DNA of 64,000 bases from Candidatus Cloacimonadales bacterium (GTDB taxonomy: Bacteria; Cloacimonadota; Cloacimonadia; Cloacimonadales; JAFGVF01): positions 1,312,001 to 1,376,000 of the forward strand of contig OY759729.1 in NCBI GenBank assembly GCA_963662585.1. The letters run 5' to 3'. A program made the translations under genes and the position numbers. Below, piece by piece: positions 11,290 to 21,000 of the stretch. Under the pieces are notes generated by a model, which searched no databases, was not told the origin of the DNA, and worked only from the letters and a program-made list of their open reading frames with translations. Every line of letters begins with the position of its first letter. Position 1 is the first letter of the stretch.

Positions 11290-12237
11290 TTATTTATCTA
11301 AGATTGTTAAATTTTCGTAATCTGTTACATCTATATCTAAGGCTGATTTCATAGCCACAACTGCACATTCAATCATTTCATCACTAGGTGCTTGGGTAGT
11401 TATCCTCTGCAAAGCTAATCCAGGGAAAGTAAATAATTTAACCAAAGGGTTGTTAATATTTTTTCCTGAGAATTTTAATACTTCATAAGATATACCTGAC
11501 ACTAAAGGAATTAGTGGAAAATGTATAAGTAATCTCTGCCACCACATTATTTTCTCAATCCAGTACATTTGAACTAATGTATCAACTATGGAAAACAGCA
11601 AAATAGCAATTAACATTACTAAGAAGATAAAGCTTGTTCCACAGCGAGGATGAAGAGTAGTGAACTTTTGGACACTTGCAGAATCTAAATCAGACTGCTT
11701 CTCCCAGGCATGAACACTCTTATGTTCTGCCCCATGGTATTGAAACACCCGTTTTACATCTTTTAATTTACTAATAGCCCACACATATCCGATAAAAAAT
11801 GTTATTCTAATCGAACCTGCTAAAAGATTAAATAGAGCATTATTATCCATTTTCTGACTTAAGAAATAAGGTACTACCCCAAAGAGAAGAATTGCAAATC
11901 CAAAGGCAAAAACATAAGAAAAAAACTCTTCACTCTTCTTTCTGAAATCAGACTTGGCTGCTTCTTTCTCATCAACAAAATCTAATTCATATCTTGAAGC
12001 AGAAAAAGTTAAAGTCTTTACTCCGATTATCATCATCTCTATCAAAGATGCGAATCCACGAATTAAGGGGATCCCTAATATTTTAACTCTTTTAGTTATA
12101 CTATCAAATTTCTCTTTCTTTAATTCTAAAGAACCATCTTTCCTTCTTACACAGGTTGCTATATGCTCAGGACCTCGCATCATTACGCCTTCTATGACAG
12201 CTTGACCACCAATGGCAATCTCTTTCACTTTACCCAT
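11290..12237 (-). CDS. DUF1385 family membrane protein
   Basis: IGGQAVIEGVMMR, FQYHGAEHK, HPRCGTSF; usual position between rpmE and prfA. Confidence 0.9.
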   Translation of the reverse strand: MGKVKEIAIGGQAVIEGVMMRGPEHIATCVRRKDGSLELKKEKFDSITKRVKILGIPLIRGFASLIEMMIIGVKTLTFSASRYELDFVDEKEAAKSDFRKKSEEFFSYVFAFGFAILLFGVVPYFLSQKMDNNALFNLLAGSIRITFFIGYVWAISKLKDVKRVFQYHGAEHKSVHAWEKQSDLDSASVQKFTTLHPRCGTSFIFLVMLIAILLFSIVDTLVQMYWIEKIMWWQRLLIHFPLIPLVSGISYEVLKFSGKNINNPLVKLFTFPGLALQRITTQAPSDEMIECAVVAMKSALDIDVTDYENLTILDK

Positions 12238-12259
12238 TTTTCAATCCTTTTGCTATTAT

Positions 12260-12294
12260 AAAAAAAACACCACAGGCGTAACGCTACTGTGGTG
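12260..12294 (-). terminator. Intrinsic terminator after rpmE
   Basis: Minus strand CACCACAG-TAGCGTTACGC-CTGTGGTG followed by a T run. Confidence 0.75.
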
Positions 12295-12310
12295 CAAAAT
12301 TGTAAAAAAT

Positions 12311-12520
12311 CTACTTTTTGTCTTTGCTATATTTTTGTTTGAACTTCTCTACACGACCTGCGGTATCAAGAAGTTTTTCTTTTCCGGTATAGAATGGATG
12401 GCATTCATTACAGATTGATACATTGATATCACCTGTTGTAGATTTAGTTTCAAAAATGTTTCCACACATACATGTAACTTTAACTTTTTTATAGTTAGGA
12501 TGGATTCCTTCTTTCATCAT
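12311..12520 (-). CDS. rpmE: 50S ribosomal protein L31 (zinc-binding type)
   Basis: MKEGIHP, CMC...[17 protein letters not shown]. Confidence 0.97.
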   Translation of the reverse strand: MMKEGIHPNYKKVKVTCMCGNIFETKSTTGDINVSICNECHPFYTGKEKLLDTAGRVEKFKQKYSKDKK

Positions 12521-12851
12521 TTACTCCTATTTATTATCATTAATTATTATTCTATTGCTTCTTACAATTTCGTAGTTAACATAAAATTCTTTCCCCATGA
12601 ATATGTCAATATTTTTTATTAAGTTTTTATGGATTTACTTATTTTCCCTTAAGTTTCCGCACTCAAAATTTCTTAAATCCTAGACTTGTTACGAGTTTAA
12701 GTGGAGTATGTTCTTTTTCTTTAATCTCATTTCACTTAGCCCTTCACAACAATTATTCACTAAGTTAGCTACTACAAATTACCCAGTTGGGTATATTGAA
12801 AGAAAACATAGATTTAAAGTTCCAAAGTCAGTAGATGCAGGATGTTTCAAT

Positions 12852-13097
12852 CTAACTAATTCTTTTTATTTTAACAATCGTTATAGTAATAATTATAACA
12901 GCTAAAAAAGCTCCTATACTAGTTCCCAGTTTATTTTCAGGACTTCCTTTTAGTAGAACTATTGTTAAAACTATGAGTGAACTAACTGAAGTTAATACAA
13001 TTTCTTTGATAGATGCTTTATTATTAATATATAATCTATAGTTGATTAGTGAAACTACTATAAAGGCAATCGGGATAATTAATATTCTGTACCACAT
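12852..13097 (-). CDS. Small 3-TM membrane protein, possible immunity protein
   Basis: 81 aa, three hydrophobic stretches and a basic C-terminus; starts 3 nt after the glycine-zipper ORF. Confidence 0.5.
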   Translation of the reverse strand: MWYRILIIPIAFIVVSLINYRLYINNKASIKEIVLTSVSSLIVLTIVLLKGSPENKLGTSIGAFLAVIIITITIVKIKRIS

Positions 13098-13100
13098 AAC

Positions 13101-13599
13101 TTAATCTTCTATCAGTGCATATCCTGCAACAGCCATTTCTACGGCAAATTGTACTTTCCAGTGACAAGAGCCAGTAACCCCTCCTACAACGACACCAATT
13201 ACAGCCCCAACAGGTCCTGCAATTGCGGTTCCTGTAAGACCTCCAATAATTGCACCTCTCAAATCATTCATCCACGAAATTCGTAAATTATTATAATCAT
13301 ACGGATTAACAACTCCAATGTAGATATCGTCTATTAAAACATCCCATTTAGACGAATTTATCTTCCAATATAACATAGATGAGTGAGCAAGATCAAGATT
13401 ATTGAAATAAATCTGAATAATCTCTCTTTAGAGAATTATATATCTCATCTAAACACTGCTTATACTGTTCGCCAGCCGACAGTTTCGAACTGCTAGTTGG
13501 TGTTATCTGAATTTTAGAAATTGCAGATTGGTTATCACATGACATGCATATAGTTAAAGCGACTGTAACAACAATTAACATAATAATCATCTTTTTTAT
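13101..13599 (-). pseudogene. Broken lipoprotein with C-terminal glycine zipper (ORFs 13399..13590 and 13101..13376)
   Basis: 5' part has a signal peptide with lipobox-like CMSC. The 3' part continues in the +1 frame (NLDLAHSSMLYWKINSSKW...DLRGAIIGGLTGTAIAGPVGAVIGVVVGG). The codon best placed after SD AAGGA is ATA (13599). Confidence 0.5.
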
Positions 13600-13897
13600 A
13601 AGATTTCCTTTATTTCATATTCCGAAATACTAGAGATAATGTCTAGTAATATTTTATTCATATGAGCTCCAAAACACAATTTTATTTTTTCTTGTCAAAA
13701 ACTAATTTGCTTTTTTTTATAAACATGATTTAGTGTGCTGGGAAATATTTTCGGGAACTAAAGAAATTAACATTATTGTCTTCGTTAAGACCAAGAACTT
13801 GAGTATTAGAGATGGAGTGACAAAGAGATGGAATGACAAAGATAAGGGTATTTTCACACCAATAAACGCGAACTAAAAGAAGAGAAGAGTAAAGACT

Positions 13898-13978
13898 TCT
13901 TCTGTCGGACGGTGGAGATTCTCTCCGCCTCATTGCAAGGCAATGACAATCTTAATTCTTCTCTTCTGTCGGACGGTG
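13898..13978. repeat. Two 17-bp direct repeats, each leading into a hairpin (REP-like)
   Basis: TCTTCTGTCGGACGGTG at 13898-13914 and 13962-13978. Confidence 0.65.
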
Positions 13979-14151
13979 AACATCTTGTCCGTCTTATATT
14001 GTTGACTAACTTATAAATAGATTAGAAACTGAGTATATCTTCTTATATACCTTTTCAAGAGGGGAACTTAGTTGGGTGTTTCTTCTAAGATGGCGAATAA
14101 TGATTAGCCCCTATAATTCGCAATAGAATAGAAGGCTATGAAGGAAGAATT

Positions 14152-14270
14152 AAGATTCACGGACTAAAGGTCCGTAACCCCAGAAAAGAAGATTCACGGA
14201 CTAAAGGTCCGTAACCCCAGAAAAGAAGATTCACGGACTAAAAGTCCGTAAACCCAGATAAGAAGATTCA
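14152..14270. repeat. Tandem repeat of a 37-bp palindromic unit, 3 copies plus a partial fourth
   Basis: AAGATTCACGGACTAAAGGTCCGTAACCCCAGAAAAG at 14152, 14189 and 14226 (variant), partial at 14263; internal stem ACGGAC/GTCCGT; no spacers. Confidence 0.9.
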
Positions 14271-14514
14271 TAGACCCTCTTTTTTTCTAAAGAAAATTAT
14301 AACTTATCCTTATACTCTAACTTATCAGGTGTAATATTCTTAAGCTTTGTTTCATGAATTAGGTGTTTAATTACTCCTCCAAGCCTATATTAAATGAACT
14401 TCAGGTATGGGCCTACTGCATCATCTGTATTAAACAAAAAAAATATTGCCTAATTATGACATTTAAATTAATTTGATTTAAAATATAATTTTACACTCAA
14501 AAGAGGAAAAAGCA

Positions 14515-14793
14515 ATGTATAAATTAGATGACAAACATTTAGAAATGGCAAAGGAAATAGTCCTATCAGCACGCAAGAAAAAGAATTGCAAAGTGTGTTA
14601 TGATAGGGGATATATTGGCGTAAATCAGCAAAATATGGTAGTAATTTGCCATAAATGTGTTGATGCAGATAAGGCGACAGAAGAGTGGAAAAAATATGTT
14701 CAAGCAAATGAAGATTTGATGGAACATTATGAAGAGTTCTTCGAGGAAGAAGCAGATAATCAAGAAGAAGAAGCTTCAGTAGAAGAGAAGTAA
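14515..14793 (+). CDS. Small putative zinc-binding protein with acidic tail
   Basis: SD AGAGG; CKVC...CHKC; Glu-rich C-terminus; 39 nt upstream of ileS. Confidence 0.75.
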   Translation: MYKLDDKHLEMAKEIVLSARKKKNCKVCYDRGYIGVNQQNMVVICHKCVDADKATEEWKKYVQANEDLMEHYEEFFEEEADNQEEEASVEEK

Positions 14794-14832
14794 TTATTAA
14801 AAAATAGTTTTATTTAGATAAAAGGAAAACAG

Positions 14833-17800
14833 ATGTATAAAAGTATAGATTTAAAAGAGTCACCTGCTCTTCTTGAAGAGAGAGTCAGGAATTATTGGCA
14901 GGAAAAAAATACCCATAAGAAAAGTATAGATAATAGAGAAGGGGCAGAGCAATTTGTTTTCTTCGAAGGACCTCCTACAGCTAATGGAAAACCAGGAATC
15001 CACCATGTAATGGCCAGAACCTTGAAAGATTCAGTATGTCGTTACAAGACAATGCAAGGGTTTCAGGTAAAGCGTAAAGCTGGTTGGGATACTCATGGTT
15101 TACCAGTAGAAATTGAAGTTGAAAAAAGTCTTGGTTTAGATGGAAAACCTGAAATAGAAAAATATGGTATCGAAGCATTTAATAAAAAATGTAAAGAATC
15201 TGTCTTTACTTACGAAGGTTTATGGCGTAAAATGACAGAACAAATGGGGTATTGGGTCGATTTAGACAATCCTTATATCACACTTGATAATAATTATATC
15301 GAGACAGTTTGGTGGATTCTTAATGACTTCTTTAAAAGAGATTTACTCTATAAGGGACACAAGATTGTTCCTTATTGCCCAAAATGTGGCACTCCCCTCT
15401 CTTCCCACGAGGTTGCTCAAGGTTATAAAGATGTAAATGATCCTTCTGTCTTTGTTAAATTCAAAGCTAAAGAAATGGAAAACACCTACTTCTTAGCTTG
15501 GACAACAACTCCTTGGACACTTCTCTCAAATGTAGCTTTGGTAGTAAATCCTAAAGAAACTTATGTTAAAATCAAATTAACAGAAACTCAAGAAAACTTA
15601 ATTTTAGCTAAAGCCAGACTTTCAGTAGTCGCAGAAGATTATGAGATAGTAGAAGAGTATCTTGGTCAAGATTTAGAGCATAAGAGATATGAAAGACTCT
15701 ATGATTTCTTAGGTGTAGAAGAAGATGGTTGGTTTATCGGAATCGCTGATTATGTGACTATGGATGATGGTACCGGTGTAGTTCATACAGCTCCTGCTTT
15801 TGGTGCTGATGACTATAATATTGGAATGAAATATAAATTACCATTCATTAATTTAGTGGATGGAGAAGGTAAATTTATTGAGGCAGTAGAGCCTTGGCAA
15901 GGTATCTTTGTAAAAGATGCTGATAAGGGCATCATCAAAGATATGAAAGAGAGAGAAGTTCTTTATAGAAGAGAACAGATCAACCACAGTTACCCTCACT
16001 GCTGGCGTTGTTCATCTCCTCTTATCTATTACGGTAGAGAGTCTTGGTTTATCAGAACTTCTCAATTTAGAGAAGAGTTAATGAAAAATAACGACACTGT
16101 GAATTGGTATCCTGGCTTTGTTGGTGAGAAGAGATTTGGAGAGTGGCTTAAGAATAATATCGACTGGGCTCTATCCCGCGATAGATTCTGGGGAACTCCT
16201 CTAAATGTCTGGGTGTGCGATGATTGTGGAAAATTAGATTCTGTAGGTTCTATCGAAGAACTTAGAGAAAGAGGATATTATAAAGATGGCTCAAAAGTAG
16301 CTGAAGATATAGAATTACACAGACCTTATGTTGATGATATTCATCTAAAATGTTCTTGTGGTCATGATATGCTCAGAACTCCAGAAGTTATAGATTGCTG
16401 GTTTGATTCAGGCGCTATGCCTTTTGCTCAATGGCACTATCCTTTTGAAAATAAAGATAAATTTGATGGTGAATTATTCCCAGCAGACTTTATCTCTGAA
16501 GGTATAGATCAGACTCGTGGCTGGTTCTACTCTCTGCTCGCTATTTCCACTATTCTTAAAGGAAAAGCTCCTTACAAGAATGTTCTAGTGAATGATTTGA
16601 TTCTTGACGCTAATGGTATCAAAATGAGTAAATCAAAAGGAAACACAGCTGACCCATTCGAATTAATGAAGCAATATGGTGCTGATGTGATTCGTTGGTA
16701 CTTGCTTTATGTAAGTCCACCTTGGGTTCCTACCAAATTCAATGAAAAAGGTGTTGCTGAGATTCTAGGTAAGTTCATGGGAACTCTTAAGAATGTCTAT
16801 TCCTTCTATACTACTTATGCCAACATTGATAAATTCAATGCAAGCGACTATGATTTCGATCAGAAAAAAACTGCAGAAATTGATAGATGGATTATCTCTA
16901 GAACAAACACCTTAATCAAAGATGTTACTGCTTTTAATGATAGTTATGACTTTACTAAGAGTGTAAGAGCTATTCAAGAATTTGTGCTTGATGAAGTTTC
17001 AAACTGGTTTGTTAGAAGATCAAGAAGAAGGTTCTGGTCTTTTGAACTCAATGATGATAAAAAAGATGCTTACGCCACTCTCAACTTTGTCTTAGAGACT
17101 ATTGCTAAGCTGATAGCTCCTTTCGCTCCTTACATGGCTGAGGATATCTATACTAACTTAACAGGTAAAGAATCTGTTCATTTAGAGAAATACCCTCTTT
17201 GTAATGAAGCTGTTATCGATGAGAAATTAGAAGCTGAAATGCAGACTATTATTACTCTCGTGGGCTTAGGTCGTTCAGCTCGTAATACCTGTCAAATTAA
17301 AGTTAGACAGACATTGCAGACAATCTTTGTTCCTGCTTCCACTCAAGATGTAGTTGAAAGAATGACAGACCTGCTTGTTGAAGAAATAAATATTAAAGAG
17401 ATAAAATATATCTCCCGTGATGATGATTTTGTTCATTATGATATGAAACCAAACTTCAAAGTTATGGGTCCTAAATTCGGTAAAAGTATGAAGCTAATTG
17501 CTCAAGCTCTTCCTAAAGAAGATGCTTCTGAAATCATCTCTGCTTTCAACAAAGGTGAGAGTTATAACTTAGTAATCAATGGTGAAACTTTCCCTATCAC
17601 TGAAGAGGATGTGGCAATCTCTATTCAACAGAGAGAAGGCTATACTTTTGAATCTCACAAAGATATGTGGGTAGCTTTAGATACAAGCCTCACTCCTGAG
17701 TTAATCAAAGAAGGTTATGCTCGTGAAATCAATAATAAGATTCAATTTACTCGAAAAGAAAATAACTTTGATATCATGGATCGCATAGATGTATTCTATT

Positions 17801-17958
17801 ATGCTGATGAAGAACTTGCTGAAGTATTTACTACTTTTGCAGACTTCATTGCTTCTGATACTCTTACCGATAACTTCCTAAGAGAAGATAGTAATTCTCA
17901 AATGGAAGAGTATGATATTAATGGTAAAAGTCTCTTTATGAGATTAGTACAAAAATAA
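14833..17958 (+). CDS. ileS: Isoleucine--tRNA ligase, type 2
   Basis: EGPPTANGKPGIHH, GWDTHGLP, WTTTPWTL, DWALSRDRFWGTP, DCWFDSG, EGIDQTRGWF, KMSKS; long IleRS2-type C-terminus. Confidence 0.97.
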   Translation: MYKSIDLKESPALLEERVRNYWQEKNTHKKSIDNREGAEQFVFFEGPPTANGKPGIHHVMARTLKDSVCRYKTMQGFQVKRKAGWDTHGLPVEIEVEKSLGLDGKPEIEKYGIEAFNKKCKESVFTYEGLWRKMTEQMGYWVDLDNPYITLDNNYIETVWWILNDFFKRDLLYKGHKIVPYCPKCGTPLSSHEVAQGYKDVNDPSVFVKFKAKEMENTYFLAWTTTPWTLLSNVALVVNPKETYVKIKLTETQENLILAKARLSVVAEDYEIVEEYLGQDLEHKRYERLYDFLGVEEDGWFIGIADYVTMDDGTGVVHTAPAFGADDYNIGMKYKLPFINLVDGEGKFIEAVEPWQGIFVKDADKGIIKDMKEREVLYRREQINHSYPHCWRCSSPLIYYGRESWFIRTSQFREELMKNNDTVNWYPGFVGEKRFGEWLKNNIDWALSRDRFWGTPLNVWVCDDCGKLDSVGSIEELRERGYYKDGSKVAEDIELHRPYVDDIHLKCSCGHDMLRTPEVIDCWFDSGAMPFAQWHYPFENKDKFDGELFPADFISEGIDQTRGWFYSLLAISTILKGKAPYKNVLVNDLILDANGIKMSKSKGNTADPFELMKQYGADVIRWYLLYVSPPWVPTKFNEKGVAEILGKFMGTLKNVYSFYTTYANIDKFNASDYDFDQKKTAEIDRWIISRTNTLIKDVTAFNDSYDFTKSVRAIQEFVLDEVSNWFVRRSRRRFWSFELNDDKKDAYATLNFVLETIAKLIAPFAPYMAEDIYTNLTGKESVHLEKYPLCNEAVIDEKLEAEMQTIITLVGLGRSARNTCQIKVRQTLQTIFVPASTQDVVERMTDLLVEEINIKEIKYISRDDDFVHYDMKPNFKVMGPKFGKSMKLIAQALPKEDASEIISAFNKGESYNLVINGETFPITEEDVAISIQQREGYTFESHKDMWVALDTSLTPELIKEGYAREINNKIQFTRKENNFDIMDRIDVFYYADEELAEVFTTFADFIASDTLTDNFLREDSNSQMEEYDINGKSLFMRLVQK

Positions 17959-17976
17959 AAGATAGTAATATAAATT

Positions 17977-18003
17977 AAAGGGACTGAATAATCAGTCCCT
18001 TTT
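17977..18003. terminator. Bidirectional terminator after ileS
   Basis: AAAGGGACTGA-ATAA-TCAGTCCCTTTT. Confidence 0.85.
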
Positions 18004-18044
18004 GTTTATTATCAGAAAAGATGTTTTTTGTTAAACTTATCTTC

Positions 18045-21000
18045 TTACTTCTTGACTTCGCTAGTTACTAAAGTAGCTATTAAATCATTAACTTTTTTTA
18101 TACCACTTTCGTAATTACATTTAGTAAATACAGCTAGGGCTTCATTAAGTTTTGTTTTAGCCTCTGCAATTCTTTTTAATTCCAAATCACAGGTAGCCCA
18201 ATTAAATAAAGCAATTCCTTCACTATGCTTGCTACCTAAGCTATTTAGTATTTTGAATTCATCAGCAAAGTTTTGCGCTGCATCAGAGTATTTTTTCTGT
18301 TCTTTATTCAATATTCCAAGTAATCCATAAGAGTTAGCAACACCCTCTAAGTCATCAATACTATTTTGATGAGAAATATTCTCCTTAATTAAGTCGTAAG
18401 CTAAAAGATATTTTCCGCTTTTTATGTAGATTTGAGCAATAATATTATTAACAAAACTCTGAGTTCTTAAATTATTCATTAAGACACCAATATCCCGACA
18501 CTCTAAAGCATAGTTGAGAGCCTTTTCATTTTCATTTTTAGAGATATGGATTAGTGCTAAATTATAAAGAATACGAGATACCTGATTAGTATTCAAACTA
18601 AGTCGAGCTATTTCTAAAGCTTCAAGAAGAAGTGATAAGGATTCGGAGACATTCTTCTCATTATACTCTAACATAGCTAAATCAGACATAATCCTACATT
18701 TGGTAATTCTGTTACCGGTCTCTTCTGAGTATTTTAATGCTTTAAGATAATAACTTTTTGCTTGATATTTATCTCCCAGATGATAGGTCATAACACCAAT
18801 ATTGTGAGCTCCACTTGCCATAAGATCAGAAGTATTCAAACTTTCAATTAGGTTTAAATTCAACTTAAAATAGTGAAGAGCATCATAATATTTTGATTTC
18901 TCCATAAAATAAACACCTAACAAATTCGCTATTCTACTAATATAGAGGTCATTATCAGAATCTAGATACTTATCTAATAACTCTATGGATATCTTTTCAA
19001 ACTCTTCTCCTCGGTTAAGATATCTGAGTGAATCTAAGTAATAGATAGTCAAATGAATTTTGTATTCCGAACCTTCATAAAGCTCAATAATTTCTTGAGT
19101 GAAAGCTACTAATTCCTTATACTTCTCTTGCACAAAAAGTGCTTTCGCTTTTAGATAATTTAGTTTAAACCAGTGAACAGTATTAGGTTTAATAATTGCC
19201 TCTAATTCTTCAATACCCTGATTGGATATATCTAACCTACTCTCCTCTAGATTGACCTCAACTATTTTCAATTTTGTATCAATCATTATTTCCTCATCAT
19301 TTATGTTATTTGCTTTTATATATTCAAGAAGTTGCAGACAGTATTTTAGTGCTGCACCATATTTATGATATTTAATAGAATCATCAATTGCTAATCTCAA
19401 ATAGTGAATTGATTTTTCTAATAGCTCTCCATTTATGGAGTTGTAAATCAATTCTTCAAAGTGGTTATGAATATTATCTTGATAAATTTTTTCCATTGAT
19501 ATTACAGCTTTCTTATGAATATTTACACTTTGACTTACTAATAGCAACTTATAAATGCAATCACGATATATAGTATTTCTAAAAACATAATTAAATTCTA
19601 GAGCAGGATACCAGAGGTTTTCAATCTCGCCCTCGGCAAGAAATCGAGAAATATCATTCCCACCCATCATCTCTTGCAAAATTCTCTTATCAAACTTGTT
19701 TCCTAGAACAGTAGCAACCTTTACTACTTTTTTCAAGATATCGTCTAACTTATCTATCCTCTCAATAATCATTGCTTCTATAGTATCAGGAATTGAGAAT
19801 GTATCTTCTAAAAGATATTTATCTTCATTAAGTAATTTTCCCCGCTTGATATAACTTACAATTTGCTCTATATAAAAAGGATTACCTTTAGATTGTTCTA
19901 TTATTCTAGTTAGAAGTTTATCTGTGATTTTAATGTTATCTTCTAAGTCATCATAAAGAAATGATTTAACCATCTTTATTGAATCATTTTGATTCAGATT
20001 AGATAATTCAAAGCACTTATTTTCTTGTGAAATCCCTAAATCATCAAATAAATTAATTTGTTGGTTTCGACTTAAGATAATTATCGTTATAGGATAATCC
20101 TTGATGAGTGGATAGAAATAGCGCAGGAAGTTATAACTTTCAGGATCGATAGAATCGAAATTATCTATAATCATGACTGTCGGAAGATTTAAAGAAAGAA
20201 GTCTAAAAATGTTTGTCACTGCATATAGAGTATTTTCATACCTATTTTTAATTATTTCGCTATCTACATTATCTGCGAGAAATTCCTTAATCCCCAATAA
20301 ATTCTCAAACAAACTTATGCCACTATTCAACTCATGAATCAAAGTCTTATTACTTACATTCTGAGCTAAGGAATCAATTATTTTGACAATTTTATTTCTA
20401 TTAACTTGATAATCATCAGAATCAATTATCTTAAAATAGTATTTAAAAAAGGATAATAAAGGATTGTAATTTTGCCTTAGAACCGAATCACATTCCATAT
20501 AAACCCAGGAGTAATTCGTTTTTCCTAACAGATTCACTAACTCTGCAACAATTCTTGTTTTACCTATTCCTTCATCTCCGTATATATTTAGGATTTTTGA
20601 GACTACTTTAGATGTAGAGTCATTTATTTTATTACTTATGGAGACAAGTTGCTCTTCCCTACCTACAAATTTGTTATTGAAAGAGAGAAACTCACTTATA
20701 TATTTTGGTGCGGTTAGTACATAAGTTGGGACTTTTGCCTGGAATCCTTTATAATTCCTATAACCTTTCATTATAATTTTAAAGTTCTTACGAGCTTTAT
20801 TATAAATATATTTATCTACCAATATTTCATTATTGCTTGCCTGTATAGCCATCTGAGCAGAAAGATTAACAGACATCCCCAATACTGTGTATTCTCCCCG
20901 AGTATTGCTACCCACAAAACCTGCATAAGCTTCTCCATAACTAATGCCTATTCTAGAGACATTGGCATGATAATTTCTTACTTCCAGGGCAAAATTACAA

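Noticed and set aside
12620..12905. ORF 12708..12905 or an IS remnant
   Set aside because: No recognisable motif, SD or terminal repeats; it overlaps the 81-aa ORF on the opposite strand.
13730..13933. 67-aa ORF
   Set aside because: Lies across repeat-like non-coding DNA and has no protein features.
14152..14270. CRISPR array
   Set aside because: The 37-bp units abut with no unique spacers, and there are no cas genes in the window.
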